Positions 20,969-31,130 of a DNA stretch of 64,000 nucleotides are shown here, piece by piece. Source of the DNA: Actinomycetota bacterium. Lineage in GTDB: Bacteria; Actinomycetota; Acidimicrobiia; Spongiisociales; UBA4744. Under the pieces are notes generated by a model. It ran no database searches, was not told where the DNA came from, and saw only the letters and a program-made list of their open reading frames with translations. The position numbers and the translations under genes are program-made. The DNA lies in contig JAADGS010000063.1 of the NCBI GenBank assembly GCA_013152275.1, positions 1 through 64,000 of the forward strand, given 5' to 3'. Each line of letters opens with the position of its first letter. Positions within the stretch are counted from its first letter, which is position 1.

Positions 20969-21446
20969 GCTCTCTCCACTTCTCCTGCATGTCTTCTCCC
21001 TGGATCTTCTGCTGCAACAAGACGACGCCTTCGAGCAGCGCCTCGGGGCGGGGAGGACACCCAGGAACATACACGTCGACGGGGATGATCTGATCGACGC
21101 CCTTGGTGACCGAGTAGGAGTCCCAGTAGGGGCCACCGCTGTTCGAGCAGGATCCCATGGAGATGACGTATTTGGGATCGGGCATCTGCTCGTAGAGGCG
21201 ACGTAGGGAGGGAGCCATCTTGTCGGTGAGCGTTCCCGCCACGATCATCAGGTCTGCCTGCCGTGGGGAAGCAGGAAACGGAATCACGCCAAAACGCATG
21301 ATGTCATACCGGGGGGCGGCAGCGGCCATCATCTCGATTGCACAGCAGGCAAGGCCGAAGTTGAACATCCACAGCGAGTACTTGCGGCTCCAGTTCAGCA
21401 ACCACGACACCGGCTTCGGTACGCCAAACTTGTCGATCACACCCAC
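20949..21446 (-). CDS. nuoB: NADH-quinone oxidoreductase subunit B
   Basis: [29 protein letters not shown] (cluster N2 ligands); GTG start at 21446. Confidence 0.96.
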   Translation of the reverse strand: MGVIDKFGVPKPVSWLLNWSRKYSLWMFNFGLACCAIEMMAAAAPRYDIMRFGVIPFPASPRQADLMIVAGTLTDKMAPSLRRLYEQMPDPKYVISMGSCSNSGGPYWDSYSVTKGVDQIIPVDVYVPGCPPRPEALLEGVVLLQQKIQGEDMQEKWREHEQRPV

Positions 21447-21802
21447 TTGAGGACCCCTTTGCGGATCGCATACACGAGACCGGCCGCCAGCACGGCGATG
21501 AAGATGAGCATCTCGACGAGACCGAACATGCCGAGCTTCTCGAGGATGAGTGCCCACGGGAAGATGAAGACGGCCTCGACATCGAATACGACGAACAGCA
21601 GGGCGTAGATGTAGTAGCGGACCTGACTCTGGCTCCAGTCTTCGCCGACGGGGTCGACGCCACATTCGTAGGTCAGCAACTTCGCTGCATGCGGGTTGGC
21701 GGGCCGGAGAGCGGAGGCGATTCCGAGGAAGAGAAGCACGAGGACCACGCCCAATCCAATGAAGGCGGCAACACTCACGTAGTCCTGGAAGTAAGCGCTC
21801 AA
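21437..21802 (-). CDS. nuoA: NADH-quinone oxidoreductase subunit A
   Basis: [32 protein letters not shown] start at 21802. Confidence 0.94.
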   Translation of the reverse strand: MSAYFQDYVSVAAFIGLGVVLVLLFLGIASALRPANPHAAKLLTYECGVDPVGEDWSQSQVRYYIYALLFVVFDVEAVFIFPWALILEKLGMFGLVEMLIFIAVLAAGLVYAIRKGVLKWV

Positions 21803-21841
21803 CGCCCCACCCTTCTCGCCACGACGGGGCACGCCGCCCCG

Positions 21842-21857
21842 TCGTGAACGCAGTATA
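21842..21857 (-). promoter_or_regulatory. Candidate -10 element plus Rex-like half-site upstream of nuoA
   Basis: Minus strand TATACT-GCGTTCACGA; same 10-mer as at 52096-52105. Confidence 0.4.
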
Positions 21858-22105
21858 GGAATCAGAGTGAGGCCCTCCGAACTCGGCCGCATATCGCGGC
21901 TCGCGGCTCGCAGGCAGGATGTTTCCTCCCCCGGGAGACCGAAGGCCTGCGCCGGGCCGCTCCCCCTCCCGGCTTCGCCGTATCCTCCCCTCGCGGCGCG
22001 CTGCGGCCCGGAGGGACAGGCACGTTCCACCGGTTTGCGCACTGTCCACATGGCGCTTCGCGAAACGCCCCGTCATCGAGGGATCCCCGCCCACATCGCG
22101 TTCCG

Positions 22106-22135
22106 GCCGGGCTCCCCCAAACGGGGGAGCCCGGC
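22106..22135. repeat. GC-rich hairpin in divergent intergenic region
   Basis: GCCGGGCTCCCCC-AAAC-GGGGGAGCCCGGC, 13-bp stem. Confidence 0.6.
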
Positions 22136-22243
22136 TTGTGACCTTTGCAGAAGCACACGTGACCTTCAGCCGTGTTCGTTACCCAGGCCCATGTGATTCA
22201 CTGGTCACAGATAACCACTCCCTATGGTTTTGGAGGATCCCTC

Positions 22244-22693
22244 ATGATCGCATCGAAGAATGTTCGGATCATCGCAACGGTCGTCATCCTCTTTGGCCTC
22301 CTGTTCACACTCGCCGGAGCCGCAACCTGGTTGACGGTCCGGTCCGCTCTCGCCGACGAGCACATCACCGTATCGAAAGACGCGGCGAGTTTCGGCGGCA
22401 AGACGGTCACGGGTCCGCTCACGGCCTACGCTCAGGCCGAGATCATCAAGGAACACGCGCTGAAGGCGACCGGCGGCAAAACCTACGCTCAACTGGATCG
22501 TGAAGATCCTGTCCGGCAGACGGCGATGACCGCCTCCTTCCTGCGGGCGTCGCTGTTCACCTCCGTAGTTGCCTTCGGCGTGGCGGCCATGGCGATCGGA
22601 CTCGGATTGGTCCTGATACTGATCGGTTTCGTGGTGCTCCAAACCGCTCGAGGCCTCGCAACCGTTCCCAGGAGGACCCCGGCTGTCCCGTAG
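22244..22693 (+). CDS. Conserved actinobacterial two-TM membrane protein, function unknown
   Basis: GGAGG RBS; GPLTAYAQAEII..HAL..TGGKTYA, ASFLRASLFTSVVAFG. Confidence 0.75.
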   Translation: MIASKNVRIIATVVILFGLLFTLAGAATWLTVRSALADEHITVSKDAASFGGKTVTGPLTAYAQAEIIKEHALKATGGKTYAQLDREDPVRQTAMTASFLRASLFTSVVAFGVAAMAIGLGLVLILIGFVVLQTARGLATVPRRTPAVP

Positions 22694-22716
22694 CCGTTCT
22701 GGGCGAACCGGTCGGC

Positions 22717-22747
22717 AGCGACCCCCACCGGCCCGGTGGGGGTCGCT
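22717..22747 (+). terminator. Probable intrinsic terminator
   Basis: AGCGACCCCCACCG-GCC-CGGTGGGGGTCGCT hairpin after stop codon. Confidence 0.6.
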
Positions 22748-22787
22748 CTCGTGGGAAGCCTCCGGGCCATCCAGGTACCCTTGTGTC

Positions 22788-23642
22788 ATGTACGACAAGA
22801 AACGAATCGAGATACTCGGTCACACGATGGCCTATGTCGAGGTCGGCCAAGGGAACCCGATCGTCTTCTTGCACGGCAATCCGACGTCGTCTTATCTGTG
22901 GCGCAACGTCATCCCCCACCTCGAAGGTCTTGGGCGGTGCATCGCCCCCGATCTGATCGGCATGGGCGATTCGGACAAGATTCCCGGCTCGAAATACCGG
23001 TTCGTCGACCATGCAGCCTATCTCGAAGGCTTTCTGCACGCCCTCGAGGTCCAAGACCGTGTGATCCTCGTCCTGCACGACTGGGGCTCCGGGCTCGGCT
23101 TCGAATGGGCAGAACGGCACCGCGCAGCCGTCAACGGCATCGCGTACATGGAGGCCGTCGTACGTCCCGTCACCTGGGAAGAATGGCCTGAGACGGCCAG
23201 ACCGATGTTCGAGGCGATGCGCTCTCCTGCCGGAGAAGAGATCATTCTCGAAAAGAACGTCTTCATCGAACGGATCCTGCCGGCATCGATCATGCGCACA
23301 CTCACCGAGGAGGAGATGAACGAGTATCGCCGGCCCTATCTGACTCCTGGAGAGGGCCGCCGGCCGATGCTGACCTGGCCACGGGAGATCCCCATCAACG
23401 GAGAGCCCGCCGATATGCACGAGGTCGTCTCGCACTATTCGAGATGGTTGTCGACATCGCTCGTCTCCAAGCTGTTCATCGATGCCGACCCCGGCATCAT
23501 CCTCACCGGACCGCAACGGGAGTTCTGCAGGACGTGGCCGAACCAGGAGGAGGTGACGGTGCGAGGTCTGCACTTCATCCAGGAGGACTCTCCACACGAG
23601 ATCGGTGAGGCGATCGCCCGTTTCGTCCGTAGGATCGGATAG
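22788..23642 (+). CDS. Haloalkane dehalogenase (LinB/DhaA-like alpha/beta hydrolase)
   Basis: HGNPTSSYLWRN, nucleophile LHDWG, acid YME, base GLHFIQED. Confidence 0.9.
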   Translation: MYDKKRIEILGHTMAYVEVGQGNPIVFLHGNPTSSYLWRNVIPHLEGLGRCIAPDLIGMGDSDKIPGSKYRFVDHAAYLEGFLHALEVQDRVILVLHDWGSGLGFEWAERHRAAVNGIAYMEAVVRPVTWEEWPETARPMFEAMRSPAGEEIILEKNVFIERILPASIMRTLTEEEMNEYRRPYLTPGEGRRPMLTWPREIPINGEPADMHEVVSHYSRWLSTSLVSKLFIDADPGIILTGPQREFCRTWPNQEEVTVRGLHFIQEDSPHEIGEAIARFVRRIG

Positions 23643-23665
23643 TTGCAGCAGAACGTCACAAGAAC

Positions 23666-25927
23666 GTGAGAGTTCGCATCGAGATACGGGGCGCAGTCCA
23701 GGGCGTGGGTTTTCGCCCCTACGTCTACCGCCTCGCTGCCGAAGAGGGCCTCGCCGGATGGGTGGTCAACGACACTCGCGGAGTGTTCATCGAGGTGGAA
23801 GGACCGGAGCGAGCGATCACCCGATTCATGGATCGCCTCCCGGTGGAGCACCCCCCACTCGCGCATGTCGAGTCGATACGCAGCGCCGGGACGGAACCTC
23901 TTGGCGAACGGAACTTCCACATCAGGGTCAGTGACTACCAGGGGGCCAAGACGGCATTGATCCTTCCGGATGCCGCGACGTGTGCAGCCTGCATGAGCGA
24001 GGTCTTCGATCCCCAGGATCGCCGTTTCCGCTACCCGTTCACGAACTGTACGAACTGCGGGCCCCGATTCAGCATCATCGCCGATCTGCCGTACGACCGA
24101 CCGAACACGACGATGGTCGGATTCACCATGTGCGACCGGTGCCGCACGGAATACGAAGATCCGGCGAACCGCCGTTTCCATGCCCAGCCGAACGCCTGCC
24201 CGGACTGCGGACCGCAACTCGAGCTGTTGGAACGCGAGGGGGACCGGTTCCGTCCGGTTGCCCGAAGCGATGAGGCGCTGGCCGGAGCCGCAGCGGCGCT
24301 CGCCGACGGCAAGATCGTCGCAGTGAAGGGCCTCGGAGGGTTCCACCTGATGGTCGACGCCGCCGATGCGAGGGCGATCTCGATGCTGCGAAGCCGCAAA
24401 CCTCGACCCGACAAGCCACTCGCGTTGATGGCTCGCGACCTCGACCAGGTCCGGACGCTCGTCGAGACCGATCGAGTTGCAGACGCTCTCCTCACCTCTC
24501 CTGAGGCACCGATCGTCCTGCTGCGCCGGAGGCCGGGGGCGCCTGCAGCCGGAAACGTGGCACCCGGCAACCCGACGCTGGGCGTCATGCTTGCGTACAC
24601 GCCGCTGCATCATCTGTTGCTCGACGCCGTTGGTTTCCCGGTCGTCGCGACGAGTGGAAACCTGACCGACGAGCCGATCTGCACGAGTGCGACAGACGCG
24701 ATCGAACGTCTCGGTCACATCGCGGACCACTTCCTCGTCCACGACCGCCCGATCCAACGGCACGTCGACGACAGTGTCACCTGGATTGTCAACGGTCACC
24801 CGAGCCTGCTGAGGAGGGCGCGCGGCTACGCTCCGATGCCGGTGCCGCTGTCGCATCCCTCCCCTCCGATTCTCGCCGTGGGTGCTCACCTGAAGAACAC
24901 GGTCACTCTGGCGATCGGCGAACGAGCCTTCGTCGGTCAGCACATCGGGGACCTCGAGACGCCACAGGCGCAGGAGGCGTTCGAAAGAGTCATCACGGAC
25001 TTCCTCCGAATCTATGACGTCACTCCGGAGGTGATTGCCCACGACCTGCACCCTGACTACGTTTCGACGCGATGGGCTCACGCCTCGAACCTGACAGATC
25101 GACTGGTCGCCGTCCAGCACCACCACGCCCACCTGGCCTCCTGCCTTGCGGAGAACCAGATCGACGGGCCGGCACTCGGGATCACCTGGGACGGCACCGG
25201 CTACGGGAGTGATGGGACCATCTGGGGCGGGGAGTTCCTCGTTGGTGACGCCTCGGGGTTCGACCGCGTGGCACACCTGCGAACGTTCGGACTCCCCGGC
25301 GGTGACGCAGCCGCCGCGGAACCGAGACGGGTTGCGCTGGCGTTGCTCTGGGAACATCTCGGCGAAGACGCCCTCGACCATCCCAAGGTTCGCCGGACGT
25401 TCACGGACGCCGAGCTGCTCCCTCTGAGCCGCATGCTGCAGACGGGATTTCGTACCCCTCGGACATCGAGCGTCGGGCGCCTCTTCGACGGCGTCGCTTC
25501 GCTGCTCGATCTGCACCAACGGGTCTCCTTTGAAGGACAAGCGGCGATGGCGCTCGAGTTTGCCGCAGATCCGACCGTCGATGATGCGTACCCCCGAATG
25601 GAAGGAACGGTCCTCGACTGGGGTCCGTTGCTCGATGCAATCATCGACGACCTCGCGCGAGGGGCTGCCACCGGCGTGATCGCCGCCCGGTTCCACAATG
25701 CGCTGGCAACCTCGATCGTCGGGGTCGCTCGGCGCATCGATACTCCCCGGGTCGCCCTCACCGGCGGATGCTTCCAGAACCGGCTGCTCACCGAACGAGC
25801 GACAAAGCTGCTTCGTGACGCGGGATACGAGGTGTTGCTGCACCGACTCGTGCCACCGAACGACGGCGGGATCAGCCTCGGACAAGTGGCCGTCGCAGCG
25901 GAGTATCTCCGTAGCGGCCGGCCGTGA
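23666..25927 (+). CDS. hypF: Hydrogenase maturation carbamoyltransferase HypF
   Basis: Acylphosphatase GAVQGVGFRP, zinc fingers CTNCGPRF / HAQPNACPDCGP, QHHHAH, PPNDGGISLGQ. Confidence 0.97.
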   Translation: MRVRIEIRGAVQGVGFRPYVYRLAAEEGLAGWVVNDTRGVFIEVEGPERAITRFMDRLPVEHPPLAHVESIRSAGTEPLGERNFHIRVSDYQGAKTALILPDAATCAACMSEVFDPQDRRFRYPFTNCTNCGPRFSIIADLPYDRPNTTMVGFTMCDRCRTEYEDPANRRFHAQPNACPDCGPQLELLEREGDRFRPVARSDEALAGAAAALADGKIVAVKGLGGFHLMVDAADARAISMLRSRKPRPDKPLALMARDLDQVRTLVETDRVADALLTSPEAPIVLLRRRPGAPAAGNVAPGNPTLGVMLAYTPLHHLLLDAVGFPVVATSGNLTDEPICTSATDAIERLGHIADHFLVHDRPIQRHVDDSVTWIVNGHPSLLRRARGYAPMPVPLSHPSPPILAVGAHLKNTVTLAIGERAFVGQHIGDLETPQAQEAFERVITDFLRIYDVTPEVIAHDLHPDYVSTRWAHASNLTDRLVAVQHHHAHLASCLAENQIDGPALGITWDGTGYGSDGTIWGGEFLVGDASGFDRVAHLRTFGLPGGDAAAAEPRRVALALLWEHLGEDALDHPKVRRTFTDAELLPLSRMLQTGFRTPRTSSVGRLFDGVASLLDLHQRVSFEGQAAMALEFAADPTVDDAYPRMEGTVLDWGPLLDAIIDDLARGAATGVIAARFHNALATSIVGVARRIDTPRVALTGGCFQNRLLTERATKLLRDAGYEVLLHRLVPPNDGGISLGQVAVAAEYLRSGRP

Positions 25928-26278
25928 CAACCGGGGACGTTGTCCCTGGCGGGATGGTGTGACGCGGAGAGCCCTCCCAACGAGACCGCGGGTTGAACGA
26001 CTCACGGATCCCATGGAGGGCCCTTGGCCTACGGCAGGACACGGCATCCGAATGCGCCGGTCGTCCCGCTCCATGGTGAAAGAAGTCCGTCCGTCGCAGC
26101 CTGCGATCGGCCGGATGTGGCGGACGCTCGGCCTCGAAGCCGTTTCTGATCCAGACCTCGTCGCCGGAAGTCCCCCATCGGCGAGGCTCACGACATCGTC
26201 ACGCCGCGGATCGACCCGCTCGATGATGCTCTGCGTGAACGAAATGACCCGGATTCGGCCGTCAGGCCGCCGGCACCC

Positions 26279-27625
26279 TCAAGACACGAAACGTGCGGGC
26301 GGGGTCCGACCCAGGAGCGACCGGGTCCGCTCCAACCCCCAGGCATCGAGACTCGCCAGTCGGTCACTCGATGCCATCAGCCCACCACAACGTTCCACGT
26401 GTGCCGCCCACTCGACGCGGCGCTCGACCTCGGGTCTCACGATCAGGCAATCGGGGTCGTTCACCCAGAACCGTCCGTGCTGGAACGCTCGAGCTTCACC
26501 GGTGACCGTCGCGGCGAGGATCGACGGCTGGCTGAAATCACCGTCGGAGGGCAGGTATTCGGGCCCCGTATCGGGGCTCACCCGCATCGCGTCGAACAGC
26601 CCGATGCTCGGGAGGATGGGGGCCCCGCAACCCAGCAGGTACCCGTCGCCGATCGACGTGCGGATCATTTCGACGCCGCGCCGATAGGCCGCCAGTGGGG
26701 ATTCGGAACCGTACCGCCCTCCCGGGATGGCTCCCGCATAGATGAAATCGATCTTGAAGTAGTCGATCCCCCAGCCGGCCATCGTGGAGAAGACGTCGTG
26801 GAGATAGGCCAACGCAGCGGGATGTGTGGTGTCGAGCGCATACAGATCGGTACCCCAGTTGTGACCGGCGAAGGCCGGCGCCCCGTCGACGCCCCGCACG
26901 AGCCATTCGGGATGGTCTGCCGCCAGTCGCGACGCGGGGTCTACCAGAAAAGGCGCCACCCAGATCCCCACACGGCGCCCGGCCTCGCGGATGCGACCGG
27001 CCAGCGCCTCGAGGGAGGCGAACCTTCCGGAGAGCGACAGCCAGTCTCCCAGGGCGGCCTGATAGCCGTCATCGATCTGGATGACGTCGATCGGGAGATC
27101 GAGGCGCTCGGCCATCTCGACGTTCTCCCAGATGTCGTCCTCGGTCACCTGGGTGAAATAGTGATACCACGAACACCACACCGTGGGGGCGGGTCGAGGG
27201 GCGGGCAGGGAATGTCGGGCCACGATGTCGTCTGCCCAGGCTGCCAATGCGCCAACGATGTCCTCCCCGTCACGGCGCCACTCGACATCTCCGTCCACAT
27301 CCACCGCAAGCGTGGTCGGACCCGACAACGTCGCACGGATCGACGGCACCTGCTCCACCGGCGAAACGGCCGCGAACACCTGGACGGCGCCCCCATCGCC
27401 CGGATCCACCGCCAGGAGACCCTCGCCTCGGAATCCGGGCCCGTCCGAGACGGACTCGGGTCGGTAGCACAGGACGTGTCGCCGCTCCCCTACGGGATGT
27501 GGACCACGGTCGAGCGCCGGGTAGGTCCCCGACGGACTCCACGACTGCCACCCATGCTCGTAGATCCGGGCGGTATCCGGAGCGATCTCGATCTCCGCGA
27601 TGCGTGTCACTGCCATAGACGTCAT
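26279..27625 (-). CDS. Alpha-galactosidase (GH36-like)
   Basis: WCSWY, QIDDGYQ, WVAPF, YFKIDF, LGCGAP, MRVSPD, NDPDC. Confidence 0.88.
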   Translation of the reverse strand: MTSMAVTRIAEIEIAPDTARIYEHGWQSWSPSGTYPALDRGPHPVGERRHVLCYRPESVSDGPGFRGEGLLAVDPGDGGAVQVFAAVSPVEQVPSIRATLSGPTTLAVDVDGDVEWRRDGEDIVGALAAWADDIVARHSLPAPRPAPTVWCSWYHYFTQVTEDDIWENVEMAERLDLPIDVIQIDDGYQAALGDWLSLSGRFASLEALAGRIREAGRRVGIWVAPFLVDPASRLAADHPEWLVRGVDGAPAFAGHNWGTDLYALDTTHPAALAYLHDVFSTMAGWGIDYFKIDFIYAGAIPGGRYGSESPLAAYRRGVEMIRTSIGDGYLLGCGAPILPSIGLFDAMRVSPDTGPEYLPSDGDFSQPSILAATVTGEARAFQHGRFWVNDPDCLIVRPEVERRVEWAAHVERCGGLMASSDRLASLDAWGLERTRSLLGRTPPARFVS

Positions 27626-28512
27626 CCCTTCGTCGCACCGAGCGTAAGCCCCCGCACGAATTGGCCCTGGAGGGCGAAGAAGACGATCAGGGTGGGGATC
27701 GCCACCAGGATCGAGGCGGCGGCGATGAGGTTGTTGTCAACGAAGTAGAGCCCCTGGAGGTTGTTCAGTGCCGAGGTCACCGGGCGCTTGGAACCGGTGC
27801 TCATCAGCACGAGTGCCCAGAAGAAATCGTTGTAGATCCACGTGAAGAGCAGAGTCGCCAGCGCCGCCAAAGGCGGCCTGCTGAGAGGCAGAATCACGGA
27901 TCGGTACTGGCGCCACACCGAAGCTCCATCCATGACGGCCGCCTCGCCCAATTCCATGGGGATGGTTTTCATGTAGTTCGACAGCACGAACACGCAGAAC
28001 CCCACCTGAAACGCCACGTGGATGGCGATGATCCCGAAGAAGCTGTCGTACCAGACGCCGGTGTCGCTGAGAAACGACGGCAGTGGAAGCGCGAGGTACA
28101 GCCGGTACAGGGGTGTGATGATCACCTGCTGCGGCAAGAGATTCCCCGCGGTGAAGATCATGAGCAGGGCCAGGTTGAAGCGGAACGTGAACCTGCTCAG
28201 GGCGAAGGCGACCATCGTCGCCAGGAAGAGCGTAAGTATGACAGCCGGCACGGTGATCACGAACGAGTTCCAGAAGAAGTGCGGCAGATCGGCGTTGCGC
28301 CATGCCGTGGTGTAGTTGGCGATGGTCAGAACGCCCGGAAGCGACACGTACCCCCGCTCCGCCGTGTCGGAGTACGGTCGGAGCGACGTGTACAGCGCCC
28401 AGACCAGCGGGAACAACCAGACCAGCGACGTCACGATCAGGAATGCCTGGAGCACGACACGAGCCGGAGTGACCTTGCGGCGGCTCGTCGGCACGGTGTC
28501 GGCCCGGTTCAT
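27622..28512 (-). CDS. Carbohydrate ABC transporter permease (MalG-like)
   Basis: EAA loop ELGEAAVMDGAS; WIYNDFFW. Confidence 0.92.
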   Translation of the reverse strand: MNRADTVPTSRRKVTPARVVLQAFLIVTSLVWLFPLVWALYTSLRPYSDTAERGYVSLPGVLTIANYTTAWRNADLPHFFWNSFVITVPAVILTLFLATMVAFALSRFTFRFNLALLMIFTAGNLLPQQVIITPLYRLYLALPLPSFLSDTGVWYDSFFGIIAIHVAFQVGFCVFVLSNYMKTIPMELGEAAVMDGASVWRQYRSVILPLSRPPLAALATLLFTWIYNDFFWALVLMSTGSKRPVTSALNNLQGLYFVDNNLIAAASILVAIPTLIVFFALQGQFVRGLTLGATKG

Positions 28513-29492
28513 TCGGCCGCCTCCCGCCTGAATGTCCAGTACAGAAACGTGAGGATGCCGCTGAGCGAGATCACCAACAGAATCGTCCCGATCGCCGAGC
28601 CGAACCCGATCCGGCTGGCCTCACCGATGATGTTGTTCGTGACCAGCACCGACAACAGTTCGAGACCATTGGTCCCTTTGTTGATGATGTAGACGATGTC
28701 GAATGCCCGAAGGGCCTCGATGGTGGTGATGACGAGGATGACGATGTTGATGGGTTTCAGCACCGGGAACACGACCCGAAAGAAGCTCTGAATCTCGCCT
28801 GCCCCGTCGATGGCGGCTGCCTCCTTGAGTGTCGGATCCACGCTCTTCAGCCCGGCGACATACAGGATCATCACGTACCCGGCCTGCCTCCAGCTCGCCA
28901 CGAGCAAGACGGCCCAAAGATTCAGGCTCGGGTTCCCGAGCCAGTCGATCAGATCGTTCGGCTGTGTCCGACCGATGAGGTTGTTGATGAATCCCTGATC
29001 CGGGGAGAAGATCAACTGGGCGATGAACCCGATGATCGCCAGCGACAGCACCACGGGGAGGTAGAAGGCGCTCTGGTAGATCCGTGACCCGGCCACGTCG
29101 CGGTCCAGCAGAACTGCGAGGAACATTCCGAACGGTGTCGCCAGGATGGCGAAGAAACCGAACCAGATGAGGTTGTGCCGGAGGGCGGGATCGAACGGCG
29201 GGTAGATCGTGAAGATGTTGCGATAGTTCTCGAGCCCGACCGGCTTGATGGCCGCAATGCCTCCGATTCCGTCCCACCGGGTGAACGACAACAGCACCGA
29301 TGCCAGTGTCGGCCCCCACACCAACGCGACGTGGATGATGAGCGGAAACACGATCATCGCCGCCAGCACCCATCGGTCACCGCGTGTCAGCAGCGAGTGG
29401 CGGCGCTTCCGCACAAACACGGAGGTGACGCCTCCGGGCGTGGAGGCGTCACCTTCATGCACAGGCCGGATGGCGTGGGAGTCATCCGCCAT
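28509..29492 (-). CDS. Carbohydrate ABC transporter permease (MalF-like)
   Basis: LSFTRWDG, VGLENY, EAAAIDGA. Confidence 0.92.
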   Translation of the reverse strand: MADDSHAIRPVHEGDASTPGGVTSVFVRKRRHSLLTRGDRWVLAAMIVFPLIIHVALVWGPTLASVLLSFTRWDGIGGIAAIKPVGLENYRNIFTIYPPFDPALRHNLIWFGFFAILATPFGMFLAVLLDRDVAGSRIYQSAFYLPVVLSLAIIGFIAQLIFSPDQGFINNLIGRTQPNDLIDWLGNPSLNLWAVLLVASWRQAGYVMILYVAGLKSVDPTLKEAAAIDGAGEIQSFFRVVFPVLKPINIVILVITTIEALRAFDIVYIINKGTNGLELLSVLVTNNIIGEASRIGFGSAIGTILLVISLSGILTFLYWTFRREAAE

Positions 29493-29501
29493 CGGTAACC
29501 G

Positions 29502-30848
29502 TCAGCTCGCGAAGATCGAGACCTTTTGGGCCTGGATGCTCTTCTGGAGACCTGTAATGTCCTTCGGGTTGTTCAGGAACGACTGCAGTGCCGGGATCAT
29601 CACCGTCGAGGCGAAGTCGGGTCGCGTATCGCGATCCATGAACTGGCTGATGTGTTTGGCACCAGAGATCAGCTCCGCCGCCTTCTTCTGAAGGGCGTTG
29701 TAACCGGTCGTGCTGACGTCCTTCGCTGCCGCAACGTTGTTCGGGTCCGACGCCAGGTACATCAGCTGGGCCTCGGGCGTGCCGAGGTACTCCAGCAACG
29801 CGACCGCCGCGTCCCGATTCGACGGGCTCTTGCTCATCATGAATCCGTCGATCGGCGCCTCGACCGAGTCCGTCCCGTACGTCGGGTTGATCTCCGGGAA
29901 GGCGAAGAAGTCCAGATCCGACCGGTCGGCATCGGGGAACTGCTGGCCGACGAACATGCCGAGCAGATACATGCCCGACTCCTTCTTCACCAGCGACTGG
30001 GCGGCCTCCTGCCAGGTTCGACCCAGAGCGCCGGGCTGCAGGTACTCCAACAGCCCTGCCCACTGCTCGAACACGTCGGTGACTTTCTTGTCTTCCCACG
30101 ATTCCTTGCCGGCCATCAGGCCAATGTGGAAGTCGTATCCGTTGATTCGCATGTCAAGGTAGTCGAACGTACCCATGGCCGGCCATCCGTCCTTGTCGGC
30201 GAAGGCGATCGGAACCAGTCCGTCGCTCTTCATCTGGTCGCCGAGCTTCTTGAGTTCGTCCATCGTCTTGGGGATCTGATACCCCTTCTCGGAGAACACG
30301 CTCTTTCGATAGAAGATTGCCCACGGGTAGTTGTAGAAGGGGACGAAGTACTTCTTTCCATCCAGCCCCGTCGATGCTTGCGCCATGGCGGAGGAGTAGT
30401 TGGAACCGATCTTGGCCCACACATCGTCGATGGGTGACGCCAGCCCCTTTTCGGCGAAGAACTGCATCCGGAAGCCGGCGAACCAGGTGAACAGATCGTC
30501 GGGCTTGCCCTGGAGGTAGCTGTTGATCTGCTCCTGAAAGGTGTTGTGGTCGACGGTGTTGACGTTGACGGTGATGCCCGACGCCTGCTGGAAGGCGTCA
30601 TACACTTTCTGATACGCGTCCTTCGGAACCTGGTCGGAGGCGTTCGATCCGACTGTCACACTTCCGGTGGCCTTCCCGCCTCCGGTGGCAGCCGTCGTCG
30701 ATGTGCCAGATGTGCTCGAGCACGCCGCCAACAACCCTGGAAACGCAGCGAGGCCGGCAGCCCCGGCGATTCCTCTCAGTAGTTGCCGCCGGTTGATCTC
30801 CGGAAGCACCAAACCCGTATCGGCTCGCCAATCGTCTGTCCGACTCAT
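29502..30848 (-). CDS. Sugar ABC transporter substrate-binding lipoprotein
   Basis: Tat motif NRRQLL, lipobox LAAC, family-1 SBP motifs (IFYRKSVF...PKTMDEL). Confidence 0.92.
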   Translation of the reverse strand: MSRTDDWRADTGLVLPEINRRQLLRGIAGAAGLAAFPGLLAACSSTSGTSTTAATGGGKATGSVTVGSNASDQVPKDAYQKVYDAFQQASGITVNVNTVDHNTFQEQINSYLQGKPDDLFTWFAGFRMQFFAEKGLASPIDDVWAKIGSNYSSAMAQASTGLDGKKYFVPFYNYPWAIFYRKSVFSEKGYQIPKTMDELKKLGDQMKSDGLVPIAFADKDGWPAMGTFDYLDMRINGYDFHIGLMAGKESWEDKKVTDVFEQWAGLLEYLQPGALGRTWQEAAQSLVKKESGMYLLGMFVGQQFPDADRSDLDFFAFPEINPTYGTDSVEAPIDGFMMSKSPSNRDAAVALLEYLGTPEAQLMYLASDPNNVAAAKDVSTTGYNALQKKAAELISGAKHISQFMDRDTRPDFASTVMIPALQSFLNNPKDITGLQKSIQAQKVSIFAS

Positions 30849-31130
30849 CGCACATCCTCCTCATCGCGCCTGAATCCGATATCACACTTCCACTCAGATC
30901 CGCACACCACGTTAGGTTCGGCACGTCCCGCTCGTCAAGTGGTTCCCGAGGAAGACTTTTCGCGTTCAAGCAACAGAAAGACTATGATGTCTCTTGGTAT
31001 CCGTTGGAAACGTAACCGGCCTGGCTCCACCACACACTTCATACGAATCGGTGGCAACACACACCGTGGCTTGACTAGCCTTGCAGATCATGTTGTTCGG
31101 CTATGTTCGATTATGGAAGATGAACGGTAC

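Noticed and set aside
22192..22209. CRP/Rex site TGTGA-N8-TCACA
   Set aside because: Spacing is 8 rather than the 6 these regulators require
23435..26191. 918-aa minus-strand ORF
   Set aside because: Antisense shadow of hypF in high-GC DNA; no recognisable motifs. The same applies to the many other long overlapping ORFs in the track
25928..26278. Possible small gene or remnant between hypF and alpha-galactosidase
   Set aside because: No frame gives a recognisable protein or clear RBS; no terminal repeats seen
31071..31112. DeoR operator in the gal divergent promoter (TGTTCG twice, 10 nt apart)
   Set aside because: Too short to distinguish from chance without comparative data
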